Source: Tubiluchus corallicola | Lineage: Eukaryota; Animalia; Priapulida | Reading direction: 5' to 3' | Length of the DNA: 64,000 nt | Assembly: GCA_030141605.1 (NCBI GenBank) | Contig: JAQGDQ010000028.1 | Location: 868,001 to 932,000 of the forward strand | Shown: positions 33,798-47,170 of the stretch, piece after piece | Layout of the letters: the number at the start of each line of letters is the position of its first letter | Numbering within the stretch: the first letter of the stretch is position 1 | Program-made: the position numbers and the translations under genes | Notes under the pieces: model-generated | Told to the model about the DNA's origin: nothing | Database searches by the model: none | Seen by the model: only the letters and a program-made list of their open reading frames with translations

Positions 33798-36700
33798 TAA
33801 TTGAAACGCATGTCTGAGCGAGTAAGCAAGCAAGTGAGTGAACAAACTTTCACCACATTTTTGTTTTGTTTCTTTACTAACAAAAACAGGATCATTTGCA
33901 AATTAACTCGAATTCACACTGCGTGTGTCTGTAATTGGAATAAAGAAACATTAGTGAAATTGTCCTCTGCAATTCTCTTCGCCTTGTAGGTCAAAAGAAC
34001 GCCTTATTTTAGAAAGGGGAACATACGAGTAAACGAGTTGTTACAACCAAACTTTGTACATGTTTGTAACTAGTAAGCATTTGGACAAAGTAAGCAAGCT
34101 TTATACTCACAGTAAGATATATGACGTTATACTACCTATACTTACTTCTAACTACACTAATCTTAGGAAAGAGTTAAGCATGAAAGATGAGAGTATACCA
34201 GTTCTACCCTCACTACAGTGGTCAAGTCTAAATGGTTGTTTCCTATACGCCCACTACAAGTGAGAAAATAGCCCTTGTCCAGCAAACTAGGTAACGAAAA
34301 CTGATGAATTCTTTGCTTTGCGTGCTACGTACTCAGCTAAGCGGAAGCAACGTGATTTTCTTGTACATTCTTAACTTCTTAGTAAACAATTGAATGAATA
34401 AATCGACGAATAATTTAACGAACGGATTTACCTGTACTTTTAAGATATTAGTGGGTATTCTGATTTTTTGACTAGCAAAACCGTTTGGTACATAGGTTTT
34501 CCAAAGTCCATCTTTTATTATGAAACTTTTTAGGTAAGGATGCACATTATAACTTTTCGGTAAATCATTCAAGCGCTATTACTGAGGCATTTAGTAAACT
34601 TTTACGTAATTATTTTGTTTTCCAAATTTTTTCAATGACTACTATTTGACTAGTTATCAGTGATGTACTCGCAGTTCTATAACAATTACTTCCCGGTTGG
34701 TAATGCCGACGCAATTGAGTTTATGAAAATTAATTAAAGTGCCTTTAGTTAAAGTGCAAACCTGTATTTGGCTGTGTGCCTAACATTCCTCGTGGTTTCG
34801 GTTAAATCTCGAGAACTATTAAATTTGCACTATCGCTTTATCGTTTTCAAGAATGGATCTGCCCTATACACAAGTTTGTTACTTAAGAACATTATGAATG
34901 TTCTTTTCAAGTTTGAATTGTCATTATGCTGTTCTGCATATGCAGTCATTAACCTAAATGGAGCACTGACCATTAATTACCATTGCAAAACTGAGCGTGG
35001 TTTTTCACTGCTAATTAGATTACAGACAGAACTTTACACTTATAGCTTGCGGTGGCATATACTCGCCTCATCCTTGGTGAGATTTTTTGAAAGACGATGT
35101 GTCATCTTCTTCAAGACTTCTTAAAATAACTGTCATTTTTAATTTATCGTTTCTTTAGTTAAGTTAAACCGTCACTCAATTACTATGGTGACTTATGGTA
35201 ATGGTTACACTCGCATGTATTCATGGACCAGACTCAAAACTTCTCAAATTTGCAAATTTCGAAAGTAAGCTAAACAAGCCTTTCATTGCATCGTCAACAA
35301 CCAAAGTCACAAACATATGCAGCAATTTTGGCTAGCAACCGATTGTAGTTCTGTAAACACTCTCGTCATCTTTGGTTTTTCTGCGACCTCTTTCATTCTC
35401 TTTTTCGTGAACTTTTTGTTGTCATGACGGCCACTATGTACTGTGCAAATTCAAAACTGCTGCGTGGAACTTGTATTTATAGTGACCAACAATAAACAGT
35501 CTCGCGTCTTCGCTCTGTGTTTTCCTACGGCACTTTGACAATAGTCCTTCCTCGTGTTAAGGTTGTGGCACGATGTTAAGGTTCCGCAAAGACCCCCTGG
35601 TAGAAGATATATTAAATAAACAGCTCCAACGCTTTAACTCCAACCAGACAGTTCTGTTTTCTTTCTTCAGAGGATATGCAGTCTTGACATTATATCACAA
35701 AAAGCAGCAGAAAAACAAAGAAGTTTTTTTCCGTTGCATATATGTTACTTCATATATTGCTTTCTTACATGTTGTTGCATCAGTTCTGAACAACTGCCAG
35801 TAAAACTACGGTTGCAGTTGCAATTTACTGACAGTTATTCAGAACTGGTGCGACAGTGTAAAAAAGCAATATGTGAAGTATAGTCTGGGCTGTAGCATAA
35901 TCTGTGCTATTGTTCTGCTAGCAGTTCTAAATCTGCATACGGTGGTACACAAAGCAATACTTAACAAGAGGAACACGGCAACTCACAATCATGCTTATCA
36001 CGGTACAGCGCCTATTTGTCGGCCACGCGAATGTGACGAAAGGGCGCCATTGACAGTCGTAGTGGATTCGCTGAGTAGTTTTGAAAGTTTAACGAAATTT
36101 AAATATCCGAATTAATTATTGTTTAATCTAAGCTTTCATTTAGAATTAGCTGTTGTAGTTTTCAATATTTTACGGCATACTTTATTTTGAAATAATGTCT
36201 ACACGATTGTGCAATATAAAGTAATAGTGTGTGTTTAATGGTAAACCTAATTGGAGATTTAATTGCTGTACACCTTTAAATGATTCCACCTTTAACTTAG
36301 CTCACAAATCGGCACAAAATACAATGTGTGAATGAAGAAGCGAATAACTTAAACCTGTTCTAGACGTAAACTTCGTTTAGGAAATTGTCCATTTTTCCCT
36401 ACAAAGCCTGTCGCTGATAAGAAACATCAAATGCATTTTTGCTATGGGAATTTCCAAAGAGTCAGACACATTTTTCATCCATTTTTCGACAGATCAGTCG
36501 GTTTTGCCCAAATTGAACACGCCGTAGTTTATACAATAAGTTAAATAAAAACGGGATTTTTTTGGCATTGATGAATTCGAGTCGTAAGTGCTCCAGGGGA
36601 ATGACGGACGACAAAGAGCGCCTGGTGTTCCTGCAGTTGAGAAAAATAGATTTTTACGAAAGAGTTGAAAGTGAAATGAAACGAACAACAGTCAGTTTTG

Positions 36701-37766
36701 ATTTCGTTTTTAAATGTTTCGTGGGCAACAGACGCGCTACTTTAACAAAAATTTCAAATTTAGATGCATGTACGCAACCTTCCGTAAATTATGCAATGCA
36801 GGTCTATCGTCTGGCCTCAACATGAATGAAATCAGTCGTTTGTAAAAAGTCAAATCTTGGACTTGTTTATTTGTTGAAGGTTCCTGCAAATCAGGAGAAC
36901 TGCCCAAGAACCGTTCTTATTTTGTTTTCTACTGCAAAGTAGAAATTTACACATTTCAAGTTGCGGTACCTACATTAGGGTTAATTTTACAAAAATGCAT
37001 TTTAGAAATATTAATTGTCTAAAGTGTTCATATTTAACTGTGATTATCAAATTATGATTATTGCTGATTAAAACCTAGTTCATCCTGACGCATGGCCACC
37101 GCTCTGTTAACGAACTTAATTGGTAATGCTGCTAAAATTTGGTCTGCTATCATCAACTGTCGTCCGGATATCGGTCAAGGATTTGGCCTGAAAGGTCCGT
37201 GTTGACAGTGGATTAGCGATCGTGTGTTCGTCATTGTTTGTTCGTCAGCAAACAAAACCCAATTAATGTCGGCAGTTACAGACGATTTATCTTTCTAATT
37301 TGACGAGTGCTCTGGCCACACAACGGTGACCATTGTTTCAATTTCGTCCGATTGAACATTTATAGAGTAGAAAGGTGTTAACTAGGGTGGGTTAAGCCAC
37401 AGAAGGGCTTGTCAAGTGTGGTAGTATAGCACATGTATTGTTTGACACACGTCCAGTGTTAGTCTGGTAAACAAGGTGAATTATGCTTCGTGAACTGTTG
37501 TTATTTATGCTGCTAAGCCAAGTCCTATTGTTTTAGCCGGAGTAGACATTGTTTCTAGTCAACTTGAGACATTGACATTAAGAAATAAGATCGTATCTTG
37601 AAGGTTTTCGGTGTCAAGTTCTATCGTGCATGCTATCAATTGTAATAAATAGACCTACGTATCGTACATTGGGTGCCTTATGTGGCGATGTTATAGAAGT
37701 GATTTCAAATTCAATATAAACGAACTTTTATTGCCATGAAATTGAAATTATATGCAACGTCTCAAC

Positions 37767-38031
<265 letters not shown>

Positions 38032-40928
38032 GCTCTGCAGATTTAAAGGAAGAGAAATATAACTGGTCAAGTAAAATTTATGCAAAGTTGCAAGGCTCAA
38101 AAGAGTTGTTTGTTTTCAGTTATTTCTGCTTTCCAATTTCTCTCTTGCTAAGCATGGCCTCGTGATGATTGATGATATACGTCTTAATTCTCTAATGGTG
38201 TTAAAATTGTGTAATATTCGGAATGAATAAAGCCTAATATAAACAAAAGAAAAATCTAAGCCTGTTAAAACATTTTAACGTATGTGTCATGTAAAGAGAC
38301 CAATGTGGAGGCCCTGTGTCAGTTTATCTTGGCAGATAGTTTAGTCAACAAACAAGTCAGGTAGGCGAGGGAGGAGATCACAGCAGAGATCAAGCTCGCT
38401 TTTGTTTGTTCAGTGCAACGTTAATCTTTCGTTCAACTCACACGATCATATGTTATCTCAAAATAACTAAAACGCGTGGCGAGCCAGTTTTATACGATTG
38501 CGAAAACATTGCTGCAAAATCTATATAGGTGATAGGTGCGTATGTCGAAAATGGGAGCGTGCATTTGATAATGTAATCATCGGTGATAAACCAAACGTAT
38601 GCACCTGCTCATTTATTTGAACGCTTCGTTTTATACTGTTTTTCTGCAACCAGGTTTTAGTAGGGCTGTTCTTGAATGCCTTTGCCATAATTGTCAATAG
38701 TTGTTAATAAGTCTGTTAGAATAGAAGGATCATAATCTGTAGTGACATTAATGACAAAACGGGAATAATTCTCGATGATAAGAATCGAAAACAATCAATT
38801 TAAATCTATAAAAAGACAGTAAAGAAATGACCTTTCAGTAAATATCATCGATTCTTTTCAGTTTTTTACTTAACTTTAGCGATCATTATTCTTCTGGCAT
38901 CGCTGTGGACACTTAATTGGACACGACAATTTTCATCATTTAAAGCGAAATATTGTATTGAGTACATGTAAAAATTTCACTGAATTAAGTTGACCTGATG
39001 CGTAAATTGAAAAGTTTGTGTGAAATTTAAAAGTGGACTAGTACTACGCACATAAGTTAATGATACCAGTTAACAACATAAAACAATCTTGAACCACAAA
39101 ATGATAATAAAGTAGACGTGAAAATATCGTTTATAATTAAGTGTAAATAATTAGATCTAATAAAATGTCTACGTTAATAATTCTACGTTTGGCAAGTAAA
39201 GACAAATAAGCTGCACTACGTCAGATAGGTTAATTATATTAAAACTTATTAAAACTGTGCTTCGGTAAAGCGTGGGTTATCGAGAACAAATGACTGGAGA
39301 TCAGTGTTCCAGGCACGCGTCTGCAGTTGTAATGGCGTAAAGACGATTGCCTCAAGGTAGATAATCTCCCTCAAAAAGCAATTATCGCCAGCTTTTTGTG
39401 ATCTTAGCCGGGAAAGGCACGCGCACAGAGAACACGCACACTGGTTTCTTAATATATTCAACTGTAATTCTGCCAAATTTACATAAGTTTGTTGCTTTAA
39501 GAGGCTTTATATCAGTGGACATTATTACCGTTGATTCAGACCTGAAAAGAGCCTCAGTTACAAGGAATGAACAATAAAGTAAAGCAGTTTTCTGTGAACC
39601 AGAACTTTGTAATACGGACAAGTTCTCGGTTTTTAAGAATCGCTGTAGAGTAAAAACTTGATTAATTACTGGCAATTTACGGTTTGGATAAAGTGTGGTT
39701 TAGCCCACATTCTATAACACTATGTATGTATTTATGTCCCTCAAGGTTAAGGGTTGTTTTGTTTTTTGGTAATTGCGAAAATAATTTGATCAGTTTTGAA
39801 CTTGTTATATATCCTTTGCCATGTTCTGACAAAATGTACTGGAGTATTAATTACATTTACTAGCTTTGTTTAATGTTAACGTTAGGTCCTTCAATGCCTT
39901 CGTTCGTAACAGAAATGCTTAATCTTTTGGGTTATTTTAAATATTAATTCTACAAAAATATTTTTCAATTTTGTCAGACTGTTAAGCCTGTAGCTGGGCT
40001 TCTTGCAGCTGTTTCAGATATTTTCTCTCTCGCAAAGAAGCTGTTACCATTCAAAACTGTGAAGCAGATTCTTTTACGTAATTAAAGCACGAAAAGCGTG
40101 ATAAACACTTTTCTGTCTTTCACCTTATAGGTATATTTAATTAAGTCGTATATAATATATATATACACTCCTGTGCGTAATTTTCATGTTTGAAAATATT
40201 ACGGAAATAAATAATTACTGAAATGCGAGAGTTTTCTCCGAAATTTTAGTGTGTCAGTCTTGCCGTATCTTCGCTTTCTATTTTTTATGTCACATTATGT
40301 TATTATGCAATAGTAACTAGTCGTAAATAGTAACTTTACGTAACGACATTCTATGATACGCCCTACACGGTGAACGTTAAATTTTGATTTGTTCTTCGTT
40401 CCAGGCAACGGTGGTTTGTCGCCTAGGGGACATCTTCTACCAGGGAAACGAATCAGACTTTTCAAGCCTCCGATTCAAATCCACCCAAGCAAGGCAACGG
40501 GCACGAGAATTGTTGACCTTTTCTTTCTGGAGCAACTAAAGAAATTCGTCCAGCCACAACAAAGAGGGGAAGAAAGTTGTATAGAACTGTAATACCCGCC
40601 AAGGGAGGGAGTAAAATTCATACCTCGATACAGTATTGAGTCATAAGAGACTACTGTTCGTTAAGAACTCATAATAGACGCTGATTGACTAGTGCATTGT
40701 GTCGCAGACCTAGTGTTGTATAATGCAAACGTTGTTACAAGAAACCGTTCTGACAAGACTATTATATCTGAAAATTATTAATATTTTCATTAATTTTTTT
40801 TGTAGTTTTTACAGTGTATTAAAGTTAACGTATGTGGTTCCTATATATATAGCTAAGTCTGCCTCTTTAAAACCAATTAAAATCAAAAACTAGTGTATAT
40901 TTTCAAAAAATATAATGCCTATTAGCCA

Positions 40929-40962
40929 CAGCAAAGGCTAATTCACCTGTCAAAGGTACTGA

Positions 40963-40999
<37 letters not shown>

Positions 41000-41037
41000 G
41001 CACGCACACACACACACACAGACACATACATATAGTC

Positions 41038-41119
<82 letters not shown>

Positions 41120-41443
41120 AGATGATACTTAACATGACGACAGTGATGGCGTCATTCCCAAAGTGCCTTCAAATACTCTGCCTTGTTTATTGTTCTGTTT
41201 TACTTTGGTTATAATCTGTAACTTCATTTTTTACATCTTTGTACCGAGCAAATCGTTTAGTTAATATAGTATGTATTGATAAATTCCAAAGATAGTTCGG
41301 CTGTGTTCAGTTTTATCGTCTGATAATTTCGGCAAAGAGTCGGAGTCGAACGACTTACAGCGAGTGTAGCCAAAGATTGAACAAACAAAGATACTTTTGT
41401 AACCAGTAGTTTGATAATAGAGCGAATATAGTTGATCAGCAAA
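40929..41443 (+). repeat. ~515-bp microsatellite-containing unit, copy A
   Basis: Order: CAGCAAA, 29-bp head, (CA)n, (TA)n, (GA)n, ~320-bp core, CAGCAAA. The core is near-identical to 62773-63101. Confidence 0.9.
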
Positions 41444-42241
41444 TGTAGTCTAGTTTATGTAATCCTATCTAACGTATAGCTAAAAATATATTTTTGTGTT
41501 ATTTTCTGATTATTTGTTTTGTACTCAGACAAAATAGACAAGCTATGTGTATCTTGCCATTGTTTTGCTGAAATTGAAATTGGAGGCCTAGTTTTGCTGT
41601 TGTTGTGACATATTGTACATAGTGAAAATGAGGTGTGTTTATATTTTTGGACAAAATTTTGTAAATAATACAATGACTCTATTAACCATTTTACATATAT
41701 ATGAAAAATTGTTTTCTTATTGCATCTAATATATAAACATACTACATATATCTACATACTAATATACAAAGAAACATATATAATTTCGCAGACCTTGCCT
41801 ACTCGCTTACTTAAAATTCTTATACAAAGAATATATCGCTATCAAATATCTGTCGTCTCTACCCTTAGGCCTGATGAGTTTTATTATTCAGTCATATCAA
41901 AATGCGGGTTTCCTGTTGATAATGTTAGCGGCCATTTTCTCACGCCATCTTCCTATTGTCTGCCCTGCTCTCGCTTCCTCTCCTCGGGCATTCTCTAACT
42001 TCTGATAGTCTTATCTGCGGGCCCCTTACATCTAAATTAGCTCCCTTTCTTTTGTTGTTTATACATGAGGTTTTATAATGAATCCGGGCAAGCGGAAGAG
42101 TATACTCGTATCGTTACAATCTTGCAAATAAAATTAGAAATTGCGAACTTCAGAATAGACGTTGACTCCGGCAGTAGCCGTTTTCCAAGCTGGAGTTATG
42201 ATTGTAATCACTGTAATGGAATTATTATGATTGCAACATAG

Positions 42242-42245
<4 letters not shown>

Positions 42246-42290
<45 letters not shown>

Positions 42291-42306
42291 TGCGTGTGCG
42301 TGTGCG
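42246..42306. repeat. (TG)n microsatellite
   Basis: Seen directly in sequence. Confidence 0.9.
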
Positions 42307-43377
42307 TCTGTGTTTTTATATACATATTTGAAAGACTTTATTTTGAAAGATAATCATGCAACATGCGATTGAATCGGCTGCAAGGGGAAGAGTGCACTTG
42401 TACACTTGTGTCACTACAACTCGTAAAAATGTCAAAACCCCCAAACTCGTAATAAACTCGAATCTTGAACTGTAAATGCATCTATCGTAACATTCATTAT
42501 AGGCCGTTCATATATCGACAGTAACTTATTCAAGCACGCATGAATTATTTCCACAAAGTTGCTAGGCGGCCGTTGGTAAAAACCACGAAAACGCCTTTTT
42601 GCAAGGAACAACAGGTGAGGGAAGGAGTGAATATTAAAAAAAATCTTTCACATATGTAGCTTTCTATTGTTAAGCTTGTATCAAACTTTTAAATATTGTA
42701 GTTATATCTACGGAGTTGTCTTGAAAATGTATTTACCATTTTTATAACTACTTTATTTTCCTTACTTCGAGTCCTCATCCCCCAACTTCCATCCAAAACG
42801 CAGAACCTCCACAACATAAAATGCGCGCGTTGGTCGCGTGCCGTGTGATGATTCAAACAAGCAAGGATCTCAAATCTACTATTTACAGTTTTCATGGTTG
42901 CCTACCCCTGATTGCCCACTTACATTTGAGTGAAAGCTTTCATAGAAATAGGAATACACAAACTCGCGTGGACCAAACAGTGAAACGTCCTTGCAGAATA
43001 GATACACAATAATATTGCTTCAGTGTCCACTATAACCCGAGGGTCGTTCTGAGAAAATATTCCCCCCAAACCAACACGTAGCCCTTCATCCTTGTAGAGG
43101 TACTTGTAAAACGGACCCACAACATCGTATAGCCGATTTTTCCTCTTTCCAAAGAGGTATATACTAGCTTCCAAGACCCACACCAAGCACCGCTAGCATG
43201 TTTTTCAACAAGGTGTGTTTCTTTAGGGAACGGCTGGTGAGAAACCTCCCAAAATGGCCGTTTTGGCTCATTGCCAGAACACCATGTAAAAAAAGAGTCC
43301 GTGCGGCGATTGGTGGGGTTTTGGATGGTAATTAATACAAGGTTTAGTTTTTAGCTCATGAAGTTTCTTACGCTTAA

Positions 43378-43710
43378 TTACTTTATTGTATATATGCGGA
43401 CGATACGATTGTCATCGCAGAATCGTCCAAGAATTTAAATTAGCGCTAGATGCTGTGTAAAATTGCTGTACGAATTCATATCTTCATGTTATAACATAAT
43501 GGTTCATTTATAATGACGATTAATAAGCAAGTAACACAGGGAAACCGTGCACTATTGTCCTTAAATACAATAACACAGGCAAACCGTAGACTATTGTCCT
43601 TAAACACAAAAGTTAGAAAATTGTTGTTACCAATTGATATACAACTTGAGTTGTATGATAAAATGGTAACTCCAATATTGTTATGATGGTAGCGAAATTT
43701 AGGATAGCGA
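43378..43710 (+). mobile_element. Decayed RTE-X-like LINE RT fragments
   Basis: YADDTIVIAESSKNL...ALDAV and LPIDIQLELYDKMVTPILL..GSEI*. Contains a 38-bp tandem duplication at 43532-43608. Confidence 0.65.
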
Positions 43711-45127
43711 AAAGATGAATTGAATTAATAGTAATAATAGCAGCCTCAAACAAACCCAAGGTTGTCACTACAATTTCAAGCAGCATGTTTTATATGGAGT
43801 TGAAAGACGACGTACCACGTCTTTGAACTGTGTTGAGGAACTATAAAGAATTTACATTACGACCAAGTATTCTTCAGTGCAGAGTCAGGAAGATGATGTG
43901 TTCAGTGATATGTTCTGAAAAAAAAATATTGTATTCCTTCAAGTGCACTAGTTGAACGCAGCGCCATCTGTTAGACCACAACAAAAGAAATGAAACAACA
44001 CCAGGGACGCGATGTAAATTTATGATCATATGACGAGTAAACTAGAGGAACAATAGCTTGTGTAATTACCGTTTTGTTGAGTCTGAGGCGGTGCGTATAG
44101 TTATGAGGAATTGACGCGCGGAGGGTGAACACCTGCTCACTAAGGTGATGCTGGCACGCGAGGGGAACAATAGACGGCACGCCTATAAGCTATGCTGCCC
44201 AAAAAATTGTTGTTAGTTTATCGAAATGTTAATTATGATAATAAGCAAGCCAAATATATTACGCCATCGCGTTGTGATTAGATTTGTGGAAAGCTTAATG
44301 ATGTTTTTCACAACACATGCGTAAATGCAAAATAATCACACATTCACTATCATAAAGGCTTTGCTATAAAAATAAGCTTAAGTAGTTATAGTTCAGGGTT
44401 TCATCTCAAATGAACAACATCATAGTCATACGATAACTCCTAAAAGCTATGAAAGCTCCTTCTTAATTAAATCGTAATTACACCTTTATTCTTACACCTT
44501 TATTCTATAAAGAGCCAAAATATACTGATCATAGTTAGATTTGGTATCTTTATTGAGATAGCTTGAAAACGCGACTCAATTTCCTCATCTTAAGGGTTTG
44601 GTGGTGTCAAACAATGTGCTTCAGAAAGCAAGTTTGACGCAGCCTACTTTAGCTTTGAATTTTGAACTTGGCATCCTATAGTTTAATTCATTACGTCAAG
44701 CGCAGAGAGATTACAGACACAGTTGTGGGCTGTGTGCATCAGCCTATTATTGCCCCGTCCACCCTGTTTTCATGCACTATATTTACCTTTTAATTATCAC
44801 TTTCTTCAAATTTCGATGCCCACTGGGTCTATAATTACACAGCTTAATTAGCAGAGAAACCGTACTGCGTGGACTGTGCGGTCTTCTGGGTGGGTTCATG
44901 TGGAGATGTGCCTCTAAATCGGAGGAAGCTGTAAAAGATCGTTGGTTCTACGAATCGTATGCAACTAGACAGACATATAAGACTCGATTGTATATTAATA
45001 GGATAATATCGATAGTGATGTGAATGCTTGGGAAATAAAGAAGGGTCTAAAGTTTTAGGTCACAATAGTAAGGTGAAAAAATCAGTTCGGTAACTTGCAC
45101 ACACTACGGTGAAAACAAAAGGCAGAA

Positions 45128-45402
45128 TATAACATGACATAATATAATGTAATGTAATGTAATGTAATGTAATGTAATGTAATGTAATGTAATGTAATGT
45201 AATGTCATATAATATAACGTAACGTAATGTAATGCAATGCAATGCAATGCAACGGAACTGAACTGCAATGTAAAAACAGAACAGAGCGGAACGGACGGAA
45301 CAGAACGGAACGGAACAGAATAGAACTGAAGAGAAGGGAACTGAACTAAACAGAACTCAACTGAACAGAACTGAATAGAACGGAACTGAGTAGAATAGAA
45401 TA
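45128..45402. repeat. Compound pentanucleotide microsatellite (AATGT/AATGC/AACGG/AACTG)n
   Basis: Seen directly in sequence. Confidence 0.9.
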
Positions 45403-45873
45403 ATAAGGTAAAATTCTAGAAAACTTAAAATATATGTGTTTAATTTTATATGAACTGATCAAGGCAGCAGTAAAGTTTCCTGAAATGTCGTTAATACTAA
45501 TAATCCTGCTGTAATTAACTACCTCTTTATTTTTATTGTGAACTTACATCATCGCTTCTTTTATGGTTTTTGTATATATATATATATATATTATATATAT
45601 ATCATCTATAATACTGCGTGCATTGCACGAAATATGTAAAACAAAGATCGTCACGAAAGCATTTACGGCACACCCATATACTGTTGGCTCAAAAATGCAA
45701 GCTGCACGTTTTTATAGATAAAAAATGTAACTGCACCGTAACTGCACGTCCATTGGGAGTACTAAAAAAGCCTGCAGGTCGGCTTGTAGTGTTCTGCAGC
45801 AAAGACACGGAGTGCTTCGACGACTACATTTTACCAGCTTTATATTTCAAAACAGATAAACAAATAATTAAAG

Positions 45874-46609
45874 ATGATGGACATTATTTTGACCAACCTA
45901 CGGCAAATATACGATGATGATAGCACCAAATACTTTACAGACGAGGACATTAATCAGACCATTCAACAAAACAAGCCTGAACCTTATAATTTTTTTCTTG
46001 ATGCAGTTGTTGCCCTGGAAACGCAAGATACCACATGTCATGTGAATCATACTTATTATTGGTATTTGAACTACTGGCATTGGTCAGTCTACCTTTCTAT
46101 CATCTATGTAGTCTTAATCTTTGGGCTACAAAAAATCATGGAAAACCGCGAAAAATTCCAACTGCGAGAAGCCATGTTTCTCTGGAGCCTTGGTCTTTCA
46201 GTTTTCAGTCTGATGGGAACGTGGCATGTGCTACCAGAACTCATCTACGATGTTAAAGCGTATGGCTTCACGTCCTCTGTCTGTCTCACCAATTACGCCT
46301 ACGGTCTTTCTGGGTTATACAGTTACAGATTCGTTTTTTCAAAGGCTCCCGAATTAATGGACACAATCTTCATTGTTCTTCGCAAGCAGAAGTTGATCTT
46401 CCTGCATTGGTATCATCACATAACAGTGCTGATATTCAGTTGGTACACGTGTAGAGTGCAGTCAGGAGCTGCAAGGTGGTTTGTTACAATGAATTACACA
46501 GTACACAGTGTCATGTACTTTTATTTTGCTCTCAGATCTGTTCGCGTATACGTGCCGAAATTTGTCAATGTTGTCATTACATTGATGCAGATACTGCAGA
46601 TGATTTTAG
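45874..46609 (+). CDS. ELOVL6: Elongation of very long chain fatty acids protein (ELOVL6/3-type), exon 1
   Basis: ELO motifs SKAPELMDTIFIVLRKQKLIFLHWYHH, MNYTVHSVMYFYF and ITLMQILQM. Donor G|GTAAGT at 46610. Confidence 0.93.
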
Positions 46610-46735
46610 GTAAGTTATTGAAATCCACAGAATTTCAATTCAGAAGCTGTGAAGATGCAATTAACCCTATAACTAATAGATGTGCAGAGGCCAACGTCAA
46701 AACAAAAATGGCGTCAAAGAAACGTAAAAGACAGG

Positions 46736-47170
46736 ACATTCGATAGCTGTTAAAGACATGGTTAAAATTATTAAAATGAAGCGCATCTGTTTTACGACTT
46801 TTGACAACTGAGAAGATACATTAAATTTTAAAGCTGTTAAATTGTCTGCAAATGAAATGTGACACAATTGTAAATATTTTTTTGTGAAATTGTTGATCAT
46901 ACACAATGATACAATGTATCTACCAAAACAATATTGAATGATTTCATTTTAGGTAACAGTATGCCATCTTATAGATTTTTCCTTAACAGAAATCCGGATT
47001 CTGTCACAAGCATCAATAATAGGCAGTGCTGTGAGGAAGCTATGTCACATTTCATTTGCAGATAATTTAACGGCTTTAAAGTATCTTCTCAGATGTTAAA
47101 AGTCATAAAACGGACAAATTTCTATTTAAAAATTTTACCCATATGTTCTTTTTGCAATCAGCGAATGTTT
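46736..47170. repeat. Inverted repeat in the ELOVL intron (arms ~46736-46864 and ~47043-47170)
   Basis: ctgagaagatac...ttaaag.cgttaaatt.tctgcaaatgaaatgtgaca is present forward and reverse-complemented. Confidence 0.75.

Noticed and set aside
33357-33901. ORFs with FIHS repeats (likewise SL/ER ORFs at 37736-38165 and YCIVL/YYIIL ORFs at 53388-53889)
   Set aside because: These are translations of microsatellites.
39411-39430. aaggcacgcg resembling miR-124
   Set aside because: The match stops after ~10 nt and there is no star arm or hairpin.
42700-43330. GC-richer segment with short ORFs
   Set aside because: No motif I can assign; probably a TE relic, but unsupported.
46610-46746. C-terminal 45 aa of the 290-aa ORF (basic KKRKR tail)
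   Set aside because: Intron read-through past a strong donor; the true C-terminus with conserved motifs is exon 48776-48963.
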